Assembly (NCBI GenBank): GCA_902796595.1
Contig: CADBPM010000073.1
Location: 15,852 to 79,851 of the forward strand
Length of the DNA stretch: 64,000 bases
Direction of reading: 5' to 3'
From: an uncultured Lachnospiraceae bacterium
GTDB taxonomy: Bacteria; Bacillota; Clostridia; Lachnospirales; Lachnospiraceae
Shown here: in pieces, positions 44,952 to 53,897 of the stretch
How the letters are laid out: each line of letters begins with the position of its first letter
How positions within the stretch are numbered: the stretch's first letter is position 1
The notes under the pieces: generated by a model
Told to the model about the DNA's origin: nothing
The model's input: the letters and a program-made list of their open reading frames with translations, nothing else
Database searches by the model: none
Translations under genes and position numbers: made by a program

Positions 44952-45515
44952 ATGAAAAAACAGGACGTTATTGTTATCAATGGCAGGACGTTCAAAGTAA
45001 TTGCCGTATCAGAAGAGGGGCGTGTCGACAAGGGAAATGAAATGAACGAATACAGGATAAATTCCTCCCACCGCCTTATAAAAAACGGCGAAAAAAATAC
45101 CTTTACAGGCGGAGTTGTTGCGGCTTTAGGTGAAGTAGAAGGGCTTGATGCAAGACTTGAGGTTTTTGAAAAATATTTTGAAAGAACAAGATTTAAGAAA
45201 ACAATGAGAAAACATGGTATTTTGTGTCCATCCGGCATTTTTGAAAAATTCATGAATCTGTTTGGTTTTTTCAAAAAGAAGACGGAAGAGAGTCGCGACT
45301 GCTTTGAATATAAGGAAGTTCTTGAACTTGTATTTGAAGCGGGCAAGGTGACTGCCATGGTGGATCACAGCAGGGATATGATGCGTGTCAGAAGAAATCT
45401 TGAATACGGACTCAGAGACTTGCATAATTTCCATGACAGAAAGAGCATCAGATTTTTCATCAATCATGTCATGGTATGTGATTATGGTGAAAAATGGATA
45501 AATAAAAGGAGTTAG
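44952..45515 (+). CDS. hypothetical protein (187 aa), no recognised family
   Basis: Strong GAGGAGG RBS. It is tightly packed, 16 nt after the hydratase and 9 nt before rimO. Soluble and basic. Confidence 0.55.
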   Translation: MKKQDVIVINGRTFKVIAVSEEGRVDKGNEMNEYRINSSHRLIKNGEKNTFTGGVVAALGEVEGLDARLEVFEKYFERTRFKKTMRKHGILCPSGIFEKFMNLFGFFKKKTEESRDCFEYKEVLELVFEAGKVTAMVDHSRDMMRVRRNLEYGLRDLHNFHDRKSIRFFINHVMVCDYGEKWINKRS

Positions 45516-45524
45516 ATTTTAGAA

Positions 45525-46910
45525 ATGAAGATTTATCTTGAATCACTCGGATGTGACAAGAATCTTGTTGATTCCGAGATCATGATGGGACTCATGGACA
45601 GAAATGGTTATGAACTTACCAATGATGTCGATGAGGCGGATGTTGCTGTTGTAAATACCTGTTGTTTTATTGGCGATGCCAAGGAAGAAAGCATAGGCAG
45701 GATAATCGCAATGGGTGAAAAGAAAAAAGAAGGCAGTCTGAAGGGAATCATTGCGGCAGGCTGCCTTGCCCAGCGCTATGCTGATGAGATAAAAAAGGAG
45801 CTTCCTGAGGTGGATGCTATAATAGGGACTACTTCCTACGACAGTATAATACCTGCGATAAAAACCATTGAGCAGGGAAGCGGGGAGGACAGATTTATAA
45901 ACAGCATAGACAGGCTGGCGGGCGGAGAGGATGCAAGAGTGGTTCCTGCCGGCGAGATCTCATCATATATCAAGATAGCAGAAGGCTGCAGTAAGCGCTG
46001 TACCTATTGCGTTATCCCTTATGTAAGAGGCAATTACAGGAGTATAAAGAAAGAAGTTATAGTAGAAGAAGCAAAGAGATTGGCCGGGCAGGGCACAAAG
46101 GAACTTATTCTTGTTGCGCAGGAAACTACTCTCTACGGAACGGATATTTATGGCAAAAAGGCACTTCCGGAGCTTATCCACGAGCTTGCAGCAATAGAAG
46201 GTATTGAGTGGATAAGGATACTTTACTGCTATCCGGAAGAGATCACAGATGAGATAATCGAATGTATAAAGAATGAGAAGAAAGTCTGTCATTACATCGA
46301 TATGCCTATTCAGCATGCCTCTGATAGTATCCTTAAGCGCATGGGAAGAAGAACAGATCAGAAGGAACTTCGTGAGCGTATCGCGCAGATAAGAAAAGAG
46401 ATACCTGATATTGCTCTTCGTACAACACTTATGACAGGTTTTCCTGGTGAGACCGAAGAAGATTATGAAGACCTCTACAATTTCGTAAATGAGATAGAAT
46501 TTGACAGACTCGGAGTATTTGCCTATTCAAGAGAAGAGGGAACTCCTGCGGCTGTGATGGAAGGACAGGTGCCGGAGGATGTAGCCTGCGCCCGCAGAGA
46601 CGAGATCATGGAGCTTCAGCAGGCTGTTTCCATAGAAAAGAACGAAAAGCGTATCGGAAAGACTCTTAAGGTCATGGTGGAAGGAAGCATACCGGATGAT
46701 GATACGGCCGGCGACTCCTTCCCGGAGATAAAAAGGGCAAATAAAGAGGGAAGGATAGTTTATGCCGCAAGGTCGTATATGGATGCGCCGGAGATAGACG
46801 GACTTGTATTCTTTGACAGCGACAGGGAGCTTATGAGCGGTACTTTTGTTGATGTCAAAGTTACTTCTGCAAGCGAATATGACCTTTATGCAGAGACGAT
46901 AGATTTTTAA
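45525..46910 (+). CDS. rimO: ribosomal protein S12 methylthiotransferase RimO
   Basis: N-terminal UPF0004 domain (LESLGCDKNLVDSE), radical-SAM CSKRCTYC and a C-terminal TRAM domain. Confidence 0.85.
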   Translation: MKIYLESLGCDKNLVDSEIMMGLMDRNGYELTNDVDEADVAVVNTCCFIGDAKEESIGRIIAMGEKKKEGSLKGIIAAGCLAQRYADEIKKELPEVDAIIGTTSYDSIIPAIKTIEQGSGEDRFINSIDRLAGGEDARVVPAGEISSYIKIAEGCSKRCTYCVIPYVRGNYRSIKKEVIVEEAKRLAGQGTKELILVAQETTLYGTDIYGKKALPELIHELAAIEGIEWIRILYCYPEEITDEIIECIKNEKKVCHYIDMPIQHASDSILKRMGRRTDQKELRERIAQIRKEIPDIALRTTLMTGFPGETEEDYEDLYNFVNEIEFDRLGVFAYSREEGTPAAVMEGQVPEDVACARRDEIMELQQAVSIEKNEKRIGKTLKVMVEGSIPDDDTAGDSFPEIKRANKEGRIVYAARSYMDAPEIDGLVFFDSDRELMSGTFVDVKVTSASEYDLYAETIDF

Positions 46911-46929
46911 AAAAATTGGAGGAATTAAA

Positions 46930-47469
46930 GTGAACCTGCCTAATAAGATCACTATTTTCAGAGTGATCATGATACCATTTTTTGTTTTTTTTATGCTATG
47001 TCCGGGCATACCTTACAGCAATTGGATAGCCGAAGCCATATTTGTCATTGCCTCTCTTTCAGACCTTGTCGATGGCAAGATCGCAAGAAAATACAACCTC
47101 ATAACAGACTTTGGAAAATTCATGGATCCCCTTGCAGACAAGCTCCTCACGGCTGCTGCAATGATCTGTCTGGTTGAAATGAAACTGCTCCCGTCATGGG
47201 TAGTCATAATCATCATAAGCCGCGAGTTTATCATAAGCGGTTTCAGACTCATAGCATCAGACAATGGTATTGTTATCGCTGCAAACATGTGGGGAAAAGT
47301 AAAGACTGTTTTCCAGATGGCAATGTGCGTATTGCTTATTTTACATATCGACCATCCTCTTTACAGAATACTTGAACTTATTTCGATTGCAGGTGCAACA
47401 ATACTTACAGTCATTTCACTGGTAATATATCTTTATGATAATAGAGGAGTAATAAAGACATACAAGTAA
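46930..47469 (+). CDS. pgsA: CDP-diacylglycerol--glycerol-3-phosphate 3-phosphatidyltransferase
   Basis: CDP-alcohol phosphatidyltransferase motif DLVDGKIARKYNLITDFGKFMDPLADK. GTG start. Confidence 0.9.
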   Translation: MNLPNKITIFRVIMIPFFVFFMLCPGIPYSNWIAEAIFVIASLSDLVDGKIARKYNLITDFGKFMDPLADKLLTAAAMICLVEMKLLPSWVVIIIISREFIISGFRLIASDNGIVIAANMWGKVKTVFQMAMCVLLILHIDHPLYRILELISIAGATILTVISLVIYLYDNRGVIKTYK

Positions 47470-47960
47470 TGGAAGTTGATCACGAATTATGCACTAAGGT
47501 TGTAGAATGTCTTTGTGCAGGTAAAAAGAAGATCTGTACAGCAGAATCCTGTACAGGGGGATTAGTTGCCGCATCACTTGTTGCAGTACCCGGCGCAAGC
47601 GATGTTATGGATATGAGTTTTGTCACGTATTCAAATGAGGCCAAAAGCTTTCTCATAGGGGTAGACCCTGTCACGATAGAGGAACATGGAGTGGTAAGCA
47701 GAGAGGTGGCAGCAGAAATGTGCCGCCTTGCTGCTATAAAGGCAGGCGCGGAAGTAGGCATTTCAACCACGGGGATAGCTGGTCCCGATGGAGGCACGCC
47801 TGAAACACCTGTGGGTACTGTGTTTGCAGGGATAGCCATAAGGACACCGAAAAGATTTGATGTTACGGTTAAGGAACTCCATCTAACGGGTGACAGGAAT
47901 GAAGTCAGAGTGAAAACAGTAAACGAGATCATGAAAGTTCTTTTTGAAATGTTAAGATAG
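47469..47960 (+). CDS. pncC: CinA C-terminal domain protein (nicotinamide-nucleotide amidohydrolase PncC-like)
   Basis: ICTAESCTGGLVAASL...TTGIAGPDGGTPETPVGTVF motifs. pgsA-cinA adjacency as in Bacillus. It lacks the N-terminal MoCF-biosynthesis domain. Confidence 0.8.
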   Translation: MEVDHELCTKVVECLCAGKKKICTAESCTGGLVAASLVAVPGASDVMDMSFVTYSNEAKSFLIGVDPVTIEEHGVVSREVAAEMCRLAAIKAGAEVGISTTGIAGPDGGTPETPVGTVFAGIAIRTPKRFDVTVKELHLTGDRNEVRVKTVNEIMKVLFEMLR

Positions 47961-48095
47961 TCTGACGTAAGTTAATCAAAAAGAAACACTATAGACATAG
48001 AATTGCCATACTATACTGATATTATTAATTGGGTTATTTTGACGATACAAGAGTCAAAAGCCAAGACCAGTTTATCCAAAAGAGGCGATATCAGT

Positions 48096-48686
48096 ATGAA
48101 GAAAATAAAAATAAAGATTCTAGCAGTTGTTATTTCTGCTGTTTTTGCCTTGTCGGCCTGTCAGGCTGCAAAAAGTGATCCTGACGTCTCTTCTGTGAGA
48201 AGTACGGAAAAGCAGAGCACTACAAGGACATCCGTAGGTTCGGGTATGAATACTCTTGAAGGGAACAGCGATGAGCTTGCAAAAATAAGAGCAAAGCAGG
48301 AAATGATCACAGTTTATGCAGTTGATTCTGCCAATATGGCTACAGGACCTATTACTACAGTTATAGACTCTTCAAATGGCATTTCCGAGATGGATGTGCT
48401 GAAGGCATGCTGTCAGAATTTCATAGATCAGAATGCAAGTGTTTCCATAGGAAGTGCGATAAGGAGCGAGAACAGACTTGAAGTGGATCTTAAGGCTGAT
48501 GATCCGGTCGCTCCTTTCGGCAAGGGCACAGGGAAGTTTGAACAGCTTTTTCTTGACTGCCTGAGTAAGAGCATCTTTGAAAATTTTGACGATATAAAAT
48601 ACATATATTTTACAGTAAACGGAGAGACTTATCATAGCGAAAAATTAAAGCTTTCAGCTGATAAGCCGTATATGACGAATGAGTAA
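48096..48686 (+). CDS. putative lipoprotein
   Basis: Signal peptide with lipobox (MKKIKIKILAVVISAVFALSAC). The mature part vaguely resembles a GerMN-type domain. The ORF-track start at 48003 is rejected. Confidence 0.65.
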   Translation: MKKIKIKILAVVISAVFALSACQAAKSDPDVSSVRSTEKQSTTRTSVGSGMNTLEGNSDELAKIRAKQEMITVYAVDSANMATGPITTVIDSSNGISEMDVLKACCQNFIDQNASVSIGSAIRSENRLEVDLKADDPVAPFGKGTGKFEQLFLDCLSKSIFENFDDIKYIYFTVNGETYHSEKLKLSADKPYMTNE

Positions 48687-49905
48687 AGTTATTGTTATCG
48701 GGGCAGGAGCCGCCGGTTCCATGGCTGCTGTCACAGCAGCAGGGAGAGGACATTCGGTGACTGTTCTTGAAAAGAATGAAAAAACCGGCAAGAAGATTTA
48801 TATTACTGGCAAGGGCAGATGCAATCTTACTAATGCCACAGATACAGAAAATCTCATAAAGAATACCATACGCAATCCTAAGTTTATGTACAGTGCGTAT
48901 TCGAATTTTTCCAGCTTTGATGCGATTGATTTTTTTGAAGGCCTTGAGTGTCCGGTTAAGATTGAACGCGGCAACAGGGCCTTTCCTGTGTCCGACCATT
49001 CATCGGATATAATAAAGGCTCTCAACAAGGCAATGAAAGAAAAGGGCGTAAGAGTCCGTTATGGAGTAAATGTAACGGAGATACTTACAGAAGATGGCAG
49101 GGTCTGCGGCGTTGTGACGGAGGCAGGCGATACTATAAAGGCAGATGCAGTCATGATCGCTACAGGAGGGCTTTCTTACAAGTCAACGGGTTCTACAGGA
49201 GACGGCTTTACCTTTGCAAAGGCGCTTGGACACAAGGTGACTGATACCAGACCAAGCCTTGTCGGCATGAGCGTAAAGGAAGATTTTGTAAAAGAGCTTG
49301 AAGGGCTTTCTCTTAAAAATATCAACGTTACCATAAAAGATGGCAAAAAGAAGCTGTATGATGGTTTCGGAGAAATGCTTTTTACAAGGAACGGAGTTAG
49401 CGGACCGCTTATCCTTACTGCAAGCTCCATTGCAGGAGACAAGATATTTAAGGGTGGTGCGAGTCTTTTTATCGATATGAAACCGGCTCTTTCAAAAGAG
49501 GAGCTTGATGAAAGGATCGTAAAGGATTTTACGGCATTTCACGCAAAAGAGCTAAAAAATGCCTTTGATAAGCTCCTTCCGAAGAGCTTTATACCTGTTT
49601 TTGTTTCCTGTCTTGGAATCGATGCTGACAAGAAAGCGGGAAATGTGTCTAAGGCTGACAGAGAGAAGATAGTTACGCTCCTTAAAAATTTCCCTTTGAC
49701 AATAACAGCACTTAAAGGTTATGATGAAGCAGTGATAACAAAAGGTGGTGTCTCGGTTAAGGAGATAAATCCTCATACAATGGAGAGCAAACTCGTAAAA
49801 GGAGTTTATTTTATTGGAGAGGTTATTGATGTTGACGCTCTGACAGGAGGGTTCAATCTGCAGATCGCATGGTCTACAGGGCACCTTGCCGGGATGTCTG
49901 TATGA
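48679..49905 (+). CDS. NAD(P)/FAD-dependent oxidoreductase, HI0933/BaiN-like family
   Basis: N-terminal Rossmann VIVIGAGAAGSMAA, the GKGRCNLTN motif and a C-terminal FIGEVIDVDALTGGFNLQIAWSTG signature of the HI0933-like flavoproteins. Confidence 0.85.
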   Translation: MSKVIVIGAGAAGSMAAVTAAGRGHSVTVLEKNEKTGKKIYITGKGRCNLTNATDTENLIKNTIRNPKFMYSAYSNFSSFDAIDFFEGLECPVKIERGNRAFPVSDHSSDIIKALNKAMKEKGVRVRYGVNVTEILTEDGRVCGVVTEAGDTIKADAVMIATGGLSYKSTGSTGDGFTFAKALGHKVTDTRPSLVGMSVKEDFVKELEGLSLKNINVTIKDGKKKLYDGFGEMLFTRNGVSGPLILTASSIAGDKIFKGGASLFIDMKPALSKEELDERIVKDFTAFHAKELKNAFDKLLPKSFIPVFVSCLGIDADKKAGNVSKADREKIVTLLKNFPLTITALKGYDEAVITKGGVSVKEINPHTMESKLVKGVYFIGEVIDVDALTGGFNLQIAWSTGHLAGMSV

Positions 49906-49914
49906 AAATGACTA

Positions 49915-49982
49915 GCCGACCATGCATAAACGCTCACGCGTTGGTCGGCAGAGTGCAGTATCAGGCAAAGCCTGACACTGCA
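49915..49982 (+). other. two adjacent stem-loops between the flavoprotein gene and ridA
   Basis: GCCGACCA (49915-49922) pairs with TGGTCGGC (49942-49949). TGCAGTATCAGGC-AAA-GCCTGACACTGCA (49954-49982) has one mismatch. Neither has a U-tract. Confidence 0.45.
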
Positions 49983-50003
49983 ATAAAAGGGGAGGAATTC
50001 GTT

Positions 50004-50375
50004 ATGAAGGTAATTTCAACTGAAAATGCACCAAAGGCGATCGGACCATACAGTCAGGCTATCGAGGCAAACGGCCTTGTATTTGCAAGCGGTCAGATTC
50101 CTATCAATCCTGCGGTTGGCAAGATTGAGGCAGAAACTATTGAGGAGCAGGCAGAACAGGCATGTAAAAATGTAAAGGCGATCATGGAGGCAGCAGGTCT
50201 TGGTATGGAAAATGTAGTAAAGACGACCTGTCTTCTTGCAGATATAAATGATTTCAAGGCATTTAATGCCGTATATGAAAAATATTTCGTGAGCAAGCCC
50301 GCAAGGTCTTGTTTCGCAGTAAAGGATATACCTGCCGGAGCACTCGTAGAGATCGAGGCAGTGGCAGCGAGGTGA
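50004..50375 (+). CDS. ridA: RidA family reactive-intermediate deaminase
   Basis: MKVISTENAPKAIGPYSQAIEANGLVFASGQIP... is a YjgF/RidA signature. GGGGAGG RBS lies upstream of ATG 50004. Confidence 0.9.
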   Translation: MKVISTENAPKAIGPYSQAIEANGLVFASGQIPINPAVGKIEAETIEEQAEQACKNVKAIMEAAGLGMENVVKTTCLLADINDFKAFNAVYEKYFVSKPARSCFAVKDIPAGALVEIEAVAAR

Positions 50376-50377
50376 AT

Positions 50378-51070
50378 ATGAATAAAAATATTGCTATTGA
50401 TGGACCAGCAGGAGCTGGAAAAAGTACTATCGCAAAACTTGTTGCAAAGAAACTTGGTTCTATTTATGTAGATACAGGAGCCATGTACAGGGCTATAGGT
50501 CTTTATATGACGGAAAACTCTGTTGATAAGAGTGATATCGAAGCTGTAAAAAATGCTCTCGGTAAGATTTCACTTGATATCAGGTATGAAGACGGAGTCC
50601 AGCAGATCATACTCAACGGAGAGAATGTAAGCGGAAAGATAAGGACTCCTGAAATCGGCAGTGCGGCAAGCGCATTTGCTGTAATTCCTGAGGTGAGAAG
50701 CGGTCTTACAGATCTTCAGAGAGAACTTGCAAAGAGAAGCGCGGTTGTCATGGATGGTCGTGATATAGGCACAGTTGTACTTCCCGATGCTTCGGTAAAG
50801 ATTTTCCTTACTGCAAGCGTAGAGGTAAGAGCGGACAGAAGATATAAAGAACTTGCCCAAAAAGGCGAAGAGGTTAATATAAAAGAGATAGAAGCCGATA
50901 TAAGAAGAAGAGACGAACAGGACATGACAAGAAAAACAGCCCCTCTTAAGCAGGCTGATGATGCAGTTCTTCTTGATTCTTCTTCACTTTCCATAGATGA
51001 GGTGGCAGACCGTATAATTGAGATTGCTAAAGAAAAAGTCCCTACGTTAAGGGAGGTTAAGGCTTTTTGA
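50378..51070 (+). CDS. cmk: cytidylate kinase
   Basis: IAIDGPAGAGKST P-loop and DTGAMYR motif. ATG 50378 follows directly after the ridA stop. Confidence 0.92.
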   Translation: MNKNIAIDGPAGAGKSTIAKLVAKKLGSIYVDTGAMYRAIGLYMTENSVDKSDIEAVKNALGKISLDIRYEDGVQQIILNGENVSGKIRTPEIGSAASAFAVIPEVRSGLTDLQRELAKRSAVVMDGRDIGTVVLPDASVKIFLTASVEVRADRRYKELAQKGEEVNIKEIEADIRRRDEQDMTRKTAPLKQADDAVLLDSSSLSIDEVADRIIEIAKEKVPTLREVKAF

Positions 51071-53001
51071 GGATAAAGATCGCAAAAACTGCCGGTTTTT
51101 GTTTTGGTGTCAAAAGGGCGGTAGACCTTGTTTATTCGATTACAAAGGAGAATATACCGGTATACACATACGGTGATATAATCCACAACGAAAATGTTGT
51201 AAGCGACCTTGCAGCAAGGGGAGTCACTGTGATAAACAGTGCAGGTGAGCTTAATGACAAGCCTTCCGGCGTTGTCATAATAAGAAGCCATGGAGTGCCG
51301 AGAAAGGTTATAGAAGAGCTTGAGGCAACAGGCAACCGCATTGAGGATGCGACATGTCCCTTTGTAAAGAAGATTCATAAGTATGCATCTGACTACAGCA
51401 AAGACCCGAGGGTTCAGATAGTTATAACAGGAAGCCCTGACCATGATGAAGTGGTCGGTATAAAAGGGTGGTGCCACAGTGAGCCTGTTGTAATAGAAAC
51501 TGTAGAGCAGGCAGAAAATCTTGATGTTCCAAAAGACAAAAAGCTTGTTATTTTGTCTCAGACAACATTTAATGAAAACAAATTCAAATTAATTGTTGAT
51601 ATTTTATCGAAAATAGGATATGATAGTATTGTTTTGAATACTATCTGCAATGCTACGCATGAAAGACAGGCTGAGGCTGAAAGTCTTTCCCGTGAGTGTG
51701 ATGCTATGATAGTTATTGGAGGAAAAAAGAGCTCCAATACTCAAAAGTTATACGACATTTGTATAAAGAATTGTGTAGATACTTACTATATACAGACACT
51801 TGTTGACCTGGATCCGTCAAGGTTCGGATCCTTCCGTTGCGTAGGTATTACAGCAGGGGCTTCAACCCCAAATAATATTATTGAGGAGGTTCGGACCGGA
51901 ATGGCTGAAAAGAGTTTTGATGAATTATTGGAGGAATCGTTCAAGACGATACACAACGGAGAGGTTGTAGAAGGTACTGTCATTGCTGTTAAGCCTGACG
52001 AGATCATCCTTAACATCGGATATAAGTCAGAAGGTATTATTACAAGACAGGAATATTCCAACAATCCTGTTGATCTCACTACTGTTGTTAACGTTGGCGA
52101 TACTATGGAAGCTAAGGTTCTTAAGATGAACGATGGCGAAGGCCAGGTTCTTCTTACATACAAGAGACTTGCTGCTGAGAAGGGCAACAAGAAGCTTGAG
52201 GAAGCATTCGAGAACCATACCGTACTTAAGGCACCTGTTAGCCAGGTTCTTAACGGCGGTCTTTCAGTTGTAGTAGAGGAGGCAAGGGTATTTATACCTG
52301 CAAGCCTTGTATCAGATACATTCGAGAGAAATCTTGACAAATATCAGGGTCAGGAAATCGAATTCGTTATCACTGAATTCAATCCTCGCAGAAGAAGGAT
52401 CATCGGCGATAGAAAGCAGCTTCTTGTTGCTCAGAAGGCAGAGCAGAAGAAGGAGCTTTTCGATAAGATCAAGGTTGGCGATGTTGTAGAAGGAACAGTT
52501 AAGAATGTTACAGATTTTGGTGCATTCATTGATCTTGGCGGAGCAGACGGTCTTCTTCATATCTCAGAAATGAGCTGGGGTCATATCGAGAATCCTAAGA
52601 AGGTATTCAAGGTTGGCGACAGAGTTAAGTGCTTTATTAAGGAAATCAACGGAGAAAAGATTGCCCTTTCACTTAAGTTCCAGGATGAAAATCCTTGGAT
52701 GGATGCCGAGACAAAGTTTGCAGTTGGTACAATCGTAACTGGTAAGGTTGCACGTATGACTGATTTTGGTGCATTCATTGAACTTGAACCAGGCGTGGAT
52801 GCTCTTCTTCATGTTTCACAGATTGCCAAGGAGCATGTTGATAAGCCATCAGATGTTCTTAAGACAGGTGAGGAAGTAACTGCAAAGGTTGTTGACATCA
52901 ACGCTGAAAGCAGAAAGATCTCTCTTTCAATCAAGGCACTTCTTGCACCTGAGGAGTCTGGTGAAGAGACAGAGTCTGAAGACGGCGAGAAGTCAGAGTA
53001 A
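51067..53001 (+). CDS. ispH: bifunctional IspH (HMBPP reductase) / ribosomal protein S1-like fusion
   Basis: The N-terminal ~280 aa are IspH/LytB (AGFCFGVKRAV, ATCPFV, CNATHERQ). They are followed by four S1 RNA-binding repeats and an acidic tail. TTG start overlaps the cmk stop. Confidence 0.88.
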   Translation: MRIKIAKTAGFCFGVKRAVDLVYSITKENIPVYTYGDIIHNENVVSDLAARGVTVINSAGELNDKPSGVVIIRSHGVPRKVIEELEATGNRIEDATCPFVKKIHKYASDYSKDPRVQIVITGSPDHDEVVGIKGWCHSEPVVIETVEQAENLDVPKDKKLVILSQTTFNENKFKLIVDILSKIGYDSIVLNTICNATHERQAEAESLSRECDAMIVIGGKKSSNTQKLYDICIKNCVDTYYIQTLVDLDPSRFGSFRCVGITAGASTPNNIIEEVRTGMAEKSFDELLEESFKTIHNGEVVEGTVIAVKPDEIILNIGYKSEGIITRQEYSNNPVDLTTVVNVGDTMEAKVLKMNDGEGQVLLTYKRLAAEKGNKKLEEAFENHTVLKAPVSQVLNGGLSVVVEEARVFIPASLVSDTFERNLDKYQGQEIEFVITEFNPRRRRIIGDRKQLLVAQKAEQKKELFDKIKVGDVVEGTVKNVTDFGAFIDLGGADGLLHISEMSWGHIENPKKVFKVGDRVKCFIKEINGEKIALSLKFQDENPWMDAETKFAVGTIVTGKVARMTDFGAFIELEPGVDALLHVSQIAKEHVDKPSDVLKTGEEVTAKVVDINAESRKISLSIKALLAPEESGEETESEDGEKSE

Positions 53002-53013
53002 TATAAGAGTATT

Positions 53014-53057
53014 AAGCTCAGCTTATGCAGTTAGGCCTGTATAAGCTGAGCTTTTTG
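53014..53057 (+). terminator. rho-independent terminator after ispH-S1
   Basis: 13-bp perfect stem AAGCTCAGCTTAT/ATAAGCTGAGCTT followed by TTTT. Confidence 0.8.
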
Positions 53058-53093
53058 CATCAATAAAGAATTTATATTTCGGGAGGTTTGCGT

Positions 53094-53879
53094 ATGGCTC
53101 TTGATGATTATGAAAGCTTTAAAACCGAAGTTCTTAAAATGTCCACTATCGATCTTAACCTTTACAAGGAACGTCAGATGAAGAGAAGGATAGATTCTCT
53201 TATTTCAAAAAACGGTTTCAAAGGTTACAATGAGTATGTTCAGGCGTTGAAAAAGGACAAGCAGTTGTATAGTGACTTTATCAATTACCTTACAATCAAT
53301 GTATCAGAGTTCTGGCGCAATCCTGAACAGTGGAAGACCCTTGAAAATGACATTCTTCCCAAGCTTTTTACGAAGTTTGGAAAGCCGCTTAAGATATGGT
53401 CGGCAGCATGTTCCACAGGTGACGAGCCTTACAGTCTTGTTATGCTCTTATCAAAGTATATGCCTCTTAATAAGATAAAGATCTTTGCGACAGATATCGA
53501 TACAACTGTCATGAACACAGCAAAAGTCGGCATGTACAATATAAAGAGTCTTAAGGGACTTCCGGACGAGTTCCTTAAGAAGTATTTTACCAAAGTAACA
53601 GATCAGACTTATCAGATTTCAGATGAGATAAAGCGTTGCGTTACATTTAAACAGCATAATCTCCTTAAGGACAAATATCCTGATGATATGGACCTTATAG
53701 TGTGCAGAAATGTTGTTATTTATTTTACAGAAGAAGCCAAGGAGCAGGTTTTCAAGGGCTTTAACAAGAGTCTTAAGACTGAGGGTGTTCTTTTTGTGGG
53801 AAGTACAGAGCAGATCATTCAGTCTCAGAAGATTGGATTCAAGCCTCAGCATTCCTTCTTCTATATAAAGACAAATTAA
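53094..53879 (+). CDS. cheR: chemotaxis protein-glutamate O-methyltransferase CheR
   Basis: INVSEFWRNPEQW, IWSAACSTGDEPYSL and VCRNVVIYF motifs of CheR. GGGAGG RBS lies 7 nt before ATG 53094. Confidence 0.9.
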   Translation: MALDDYESFKTEVLKMSTIDLNLYKERQMKRRIDSLISKNGFKGYNEYVQALKKDKQLYSDFINYLTINVSEFWRNPEQWKTLENDILPKLFTKFGKPLKIWSAACSTGDEPYSLVMLLSKYMPLNKIKIFATDIDTTVMNTAKVGMYNIKSLKGLPDEFLKKYFTKVTDQTYQISDEIKRCVTFKQHNLLKDKYPDDMDLIVCRNVVIYFTEEAKEQVFKGFNKSLKTEGVLFVGSTEQIIQSQKIGFKPQHSFFYIKTN

Positions 53880-53897
53880 GCAGGAGAGTATTGGAAA

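Noticed and set aside
44798-45358. 186-aa minus-strand ORF overlapping the hydratase 3' end and the unknown 187-aa ORF
   Set aside because: The plus-strand ORF has a strong RBS and fits operon spacing. The minus ORF overlaps the end of a well-supported gene and has shadow-like composition.
48003-48095. N-terminal extension of the lipoprotein ORF
   Set aside because: Internal ATG 48096 gives a textbook lipoprotein signal peptide with a lipobox (LSAC). The upstream part has no signal-peptide logic.
49869-50003. N-terminal extension of ridA (ORF-track start 49869)
   Set aside because: The extension overlaps the upstream gene and runs through two strong hairpins. The RidA family begins at MKVIS, with a GGGGAGG RBS before ATG 50004.
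50716-51477. 253-aa minus-strand ORF across the cmk/ispH junction
   Set aside because: Both plus-strand genes have strong family signatures. This shadow ORF spans a gene junction, which is implausible for a real gene.
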